Shown here: positions 46,408 to 48,418 of the stretch, piece after piece
Layout: each line of letters starts with the position of its first letter
Numbering within the stretch: the first letter of the stretch is position 1
From: an uncultured Eubacteriales bacterium
Lineage (GTDB): Bacteria > Bacillota > Clostridia > Christensenellales > Borkfalkiaceae
Assembly (NCBI GenBank): GCA_902797945.1
Contig: CADBUU010000004.1
Coordinates: 1 to 48,418, forward strand
DNA: 48,418 bases
Direction of reading: 5' to 3'
Notes under the pieces: model-generated
What the model was told of the DNA's origin: nothing
The model's database searches: none
The model's input: the letters and a program-made list of their open reading frames with translations, nothing else
Made by a program: the position numbers and the translations under genes

Positions 46408-46605
46408 ATGGCAGTTCCTAAGCATAAGGTTTCGAAACAGAGAAGAAATAAAAGATTCGCAAACAACTATAAAGTAGCCGCTCCGACTTTGGTCGAGTGT
46501 CCTCAATGTCACGAACTTAAAGCTCCTCATAAAGTCTGCGCTAAATGCGGATATTACGACGGAAAGCTCGTAGTTGACAAGACCGAAAAAGAGAAAGCGG
46601 AATAA
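46408..46605 (+). CDS. rpmF: 50S ribosomal protein L32 (zinc-ribbon form)
   Basis: 65 aa with SD AGGTAGGTGA. MAVPKHKVSKQRRNKR is present, with CPQC...CAKCGYY. Confidence 0.95.
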   Translation: MAVPKHKVSKQRRNKRFANNYKVAAPTLVECPQCHELKAPHKVCAKCGYYDGKLVVDKTEKEKAE

Positions 46606-46623
46606 TTTATTCAATTGCCTAAA

Positions 46624-46655
46624 AAGGCGGATAGTTTACTATTCGCCTTATTTTT
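46624..46655 (+). terminator. Intrinsic terminator after rpmF
   Basis: 11-bp stem AAGGCGGATAG/CTATTCGCCTT (one G-U pair) with loop TTTA, followed by ATTTTT. Confidence 0.8.
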
Positions 46656-46665
46656 CGTGTATAAT

Positions 46666-47613
46666 ATGCTTAATAATAAGAGTTTAGACAAAAAGGGAAT
46701 TTTCGGAAGGTTTCTCCTTATATTCGTAACGATGATATGGGGAAGTTCTTTCATTATTTTAAAAGACACTTTGTCGCTGTTCGGGGGAGGGCATTTTACC
46801 TTTTTCGTTTTAGCGGCAAGGTTTTTTTGCGCTACGCTCGTTCTTCTTCCGTTCGGAATAAGAAGTATAAAGACTTTCGATAAAAAGACGCTTATCGGCG
46901 GACTTATTTTAGGAGTGATATTATATTTTGCCTATGCCTTTCAAACGGTTGGCTTAAAATATACGACCGCTTCGAAAAATGCATTTTTAACGACGACTTA
47001 TTGCGCGATCGTTCCCTTTTTATCTTGGCTTATTTTGAAAAAGAAGCCGGCGTTAAACAACTATATAGCGGCGGTAATGTGCATAGTTGGCGTCGCATTC
47101 GTTTCCTTTATCGGTAAGGACGAAAGCGATTCGAGCCAACTTTTAGGAGATATTTTAACGGTATGTTGCGGGCTTTTTTACGCCTTGCAGATAATCTATA
47201 ACGATAAATTTGCCGGCGGTAAAAATGCGATACAGATACTCATCGTAGAACTGACCGTAGTTTCCGTCCTGATGGCGGGGACGAGTTTGATAGCCGAATT
47301 TCCGAAGTATTCGTCGCAGTTTGAAATAACGGGCGAAGTCGTTTGGAAGATACTTTATCTTGCGGTTTTTGCGACGGCGTTTGCGCAATTCGGACAGATT
47401 TTTTCTCAAAAATTCGTTCCTCCGACGGTAGTTCCCATAATTTTATCCCTCGAATCGGTTTTCGGAGTCGTTTTCGAAATAATTCTCGGCGACGCGCATT
47501 TGACTCCGCTCATAATAATAGGTTTTGTCGTAATATTCGGAGCGGAGATAATTTCCGAAATAAATTTCACCAAAAGAAATCGGATAACGCTTGACGAAAG
47601 AAATGAAAATTGA
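46666..47613 (+). CDS. EamA/DMT-family transporter
   Basis: It has ten predicted TM helices and two EamA-like halves (IWGSSFIILK..., FAQFGQIFSQK...). The start is uncertain. The track's TTG at 46615 runs through the rpmF terminator, so I use the ATG at 46666, which lacks an SD. Confidence 0.75.
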   Translation: MLNNKSLDKKGIFGRFLLIFVTMIWGSSFIILKDTLSLFGGGHFTFFVLAARFFCATLVLLPFGIRSIKTFDKKTLIGGLILGVILYFAYAFQTVGLKYTTASKNAFLTTTYCAIVPFLSWLILKKKPALNNYIAAVMCIVGVAFVSFIGKDESDSSQLLGDILTVCCGLFYALQIIYNDKFAGGKNAIQILIVELTVVSVLMAGTSLIAEFPKYSSQFEITGEVVWKILYLAVFATAFAQFGQIFSQKFVPPTVVPIILSLESVFGVVFEIILGDAHLTPLIIIGFVVIFGAEIISEINFTKRNRITLDERNEN

Positions 47614-47656
47614 TACAATAAATAAAAAAGGCGAAAAGCCTTAAAAGGAGATTATT

Positions 47657-48199
47657 ATGAAATACGTTTGTCCTATCTGCGGCTACGTCCACGAAGGAGA
47701 CGAAGCCCCCGAAGTTTGCCCCATCTGCAAATGCCCCGGTGAAAAGTTTACCGCTATGGAACAGGAGATGACGTGGGCGGCAGAGCACGTCGTAGGTATA
47801 GCTAAAGACGTCGATGAAGAAATCAAGAACGGACTTAAAATGAATTTCGAAGGCGAATGCAGCGAAGTCGGAATGTATCTTGCAATGGCGAGAGTTGCAT
47901 ACAGAGAAGGATACGCCGAAGTTGGCGCATACTTTGAAAAGGCAGCATGGGAAGAGGCTGAACACGCAGCGAAATTCGCCGAACTTTTGGGCGAAGTCGT
48001 AACCGATAGCACGAAGAAAAATCTTCAACTTCGCGTTGACGCCGAAAACGGCGCTACAAGCGGAAAGACCGACCTTGCGAAGAAGGCGAAGGCTTTAAAT
48101 TTAGACGCTATACACGATACCGTACACGAAATGGCTCGCGACGAAGCCCGTCACGGAAAAGCGTTTAAAGGTCTTTTGGATAGATATTTCGGTAAATAA
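47657..48199 (+). CDS. Rubrerythrin with N-terminal rubredoxin-like domain (reverse rubrerythrin arrangement)
   Basis: 180 aa with SD AAGGAG. It has an N-terminal CPICG...CPICKC motif, then a ferritin-like di-iron domain with two ExxH motifs (EEAEH, DEARH). Confidence 0.85.
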   Translation: MKYVCPICGYVHEGDEAPEVCPICKCPGEKFTAMEQEMTWAAEHVVGIAKDVDEEIKNGLKMNFEGECSEVGMYLAMARVAYREGYAEVGAYFEKAAWEEAEHAAKFAELLGEVVTDSTKKNLQLRVDAENGATSGKTDLAKKAKALNLDAIHDTVHEMARDEARHGKAFKGLLDRYFGK

Positions 48200-48218
48200 T
48201 GAATATATAATAAAAATG

Positions 48219-48247
48219 GGTTGCGTTTAATTTGCGCAACCTTTTTT
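48219..48247. terminator. Terminator after rubrerythrin (flanked by A-run and T-run)
   Basis: Stem GGTTGCG(T)/(G)CGCAACC with an AT-rich loop, followed by TTTTTT. Confidence 0.8.
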
Positions 48248-48255
48248 ATGTTTTT

Positions 48256-48309
48256 CGGATAATCAAAAGAGGTTGCGGTTTTTTTACTGTAGCCTTTTTT
48301 GATTAGCCG
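48256..48309. repeat. 17-nt imperfect inverted repeat (long hairpin) of unknown role
   Basis: CGGATAATCAAAAGAGG (48256-48272) versus CCTTTTTTGATTAGCCG (48293-48309). There is one mismatch and one G-U pair, with a 20-nt loop. No T-tract follows on either strand. Confidence 0.6.
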
Positions 48310-48418
48310 AATGAAAACAAAGTTGAACTTGCCTAAGCCGCGCCCTTTTAGGCGAGTTTTCACGGAATGAATTTGTATTCTATTCCGTTCGCCCTCACCA
48401 AAAATGACATCAAAATAC

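Overview
This 48.4-kb window is a chromosomal segment from a moderately low-GC Bacillota (Clostridia-like) genome. That origin is inferred from gene content and synteny: spoVG, tmcAL/ylbM, ylbN-rpmF, rpmE-DUF1385-prmC-prfA, ruvCAB-queA-tgt-yajC-secDF-recJ-relA-hemZ, rpsO-pnp and pta-ackA. About 38 genes are tightly packed and all but three (spoVG, an ADH-like MDR gene, tmcAL) are on the + strand. Most of the window is ordinary housekeeping. It covers Holliday-junction resolution, queuosine tRNA modification, Sec accessory factors, the stringent response, RNA turnover, cell-wall genes (uppP, murC), translation termination, acetate fermentation, ribosomal proteins and rubrerythrin. I found no rRNA, tRNA, CRISPR array, transposase, integrase or recognisable defence system. 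The less ordinary parts are listed below.

1. A small accessory-looking block at 19.3-29.9 kb contains pdxK, a GH29 fucosidase, an unassigned 707-aa protein with clan GH-A-like motifs, an ABC exporter, a multidomain S8 protease, a lipoprotein and a stand-alone flotillin.
2. A 540-nt AT-rich spacer (27921-28460) holds two GC-rich structured RNA candidates. One is an orphan pseudoknot- or terminator-like island. The other is a consensus promoter driving a riboswitch-like leader with a terminator in front of flotillin.
3. A translationally coupled four-gene module (37994-41415) encodes DUF5685, an HPD-less J-like protein with a C-terminal cysteine string, a small polytopic membrane protein and RlmD. 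A monocistronic 136-aa mini P-loop gene precedes it.
4. Several protein-architecture oddities stand out: a DUF1385-PrmC fusion, a lipoprotein-type MtnN nucleosidase, and an MDR 'dehydrogenase' lacking its catalytic-zinc ligands.

All functional calls rest on motif recognition and remembered family features. No database search was run.
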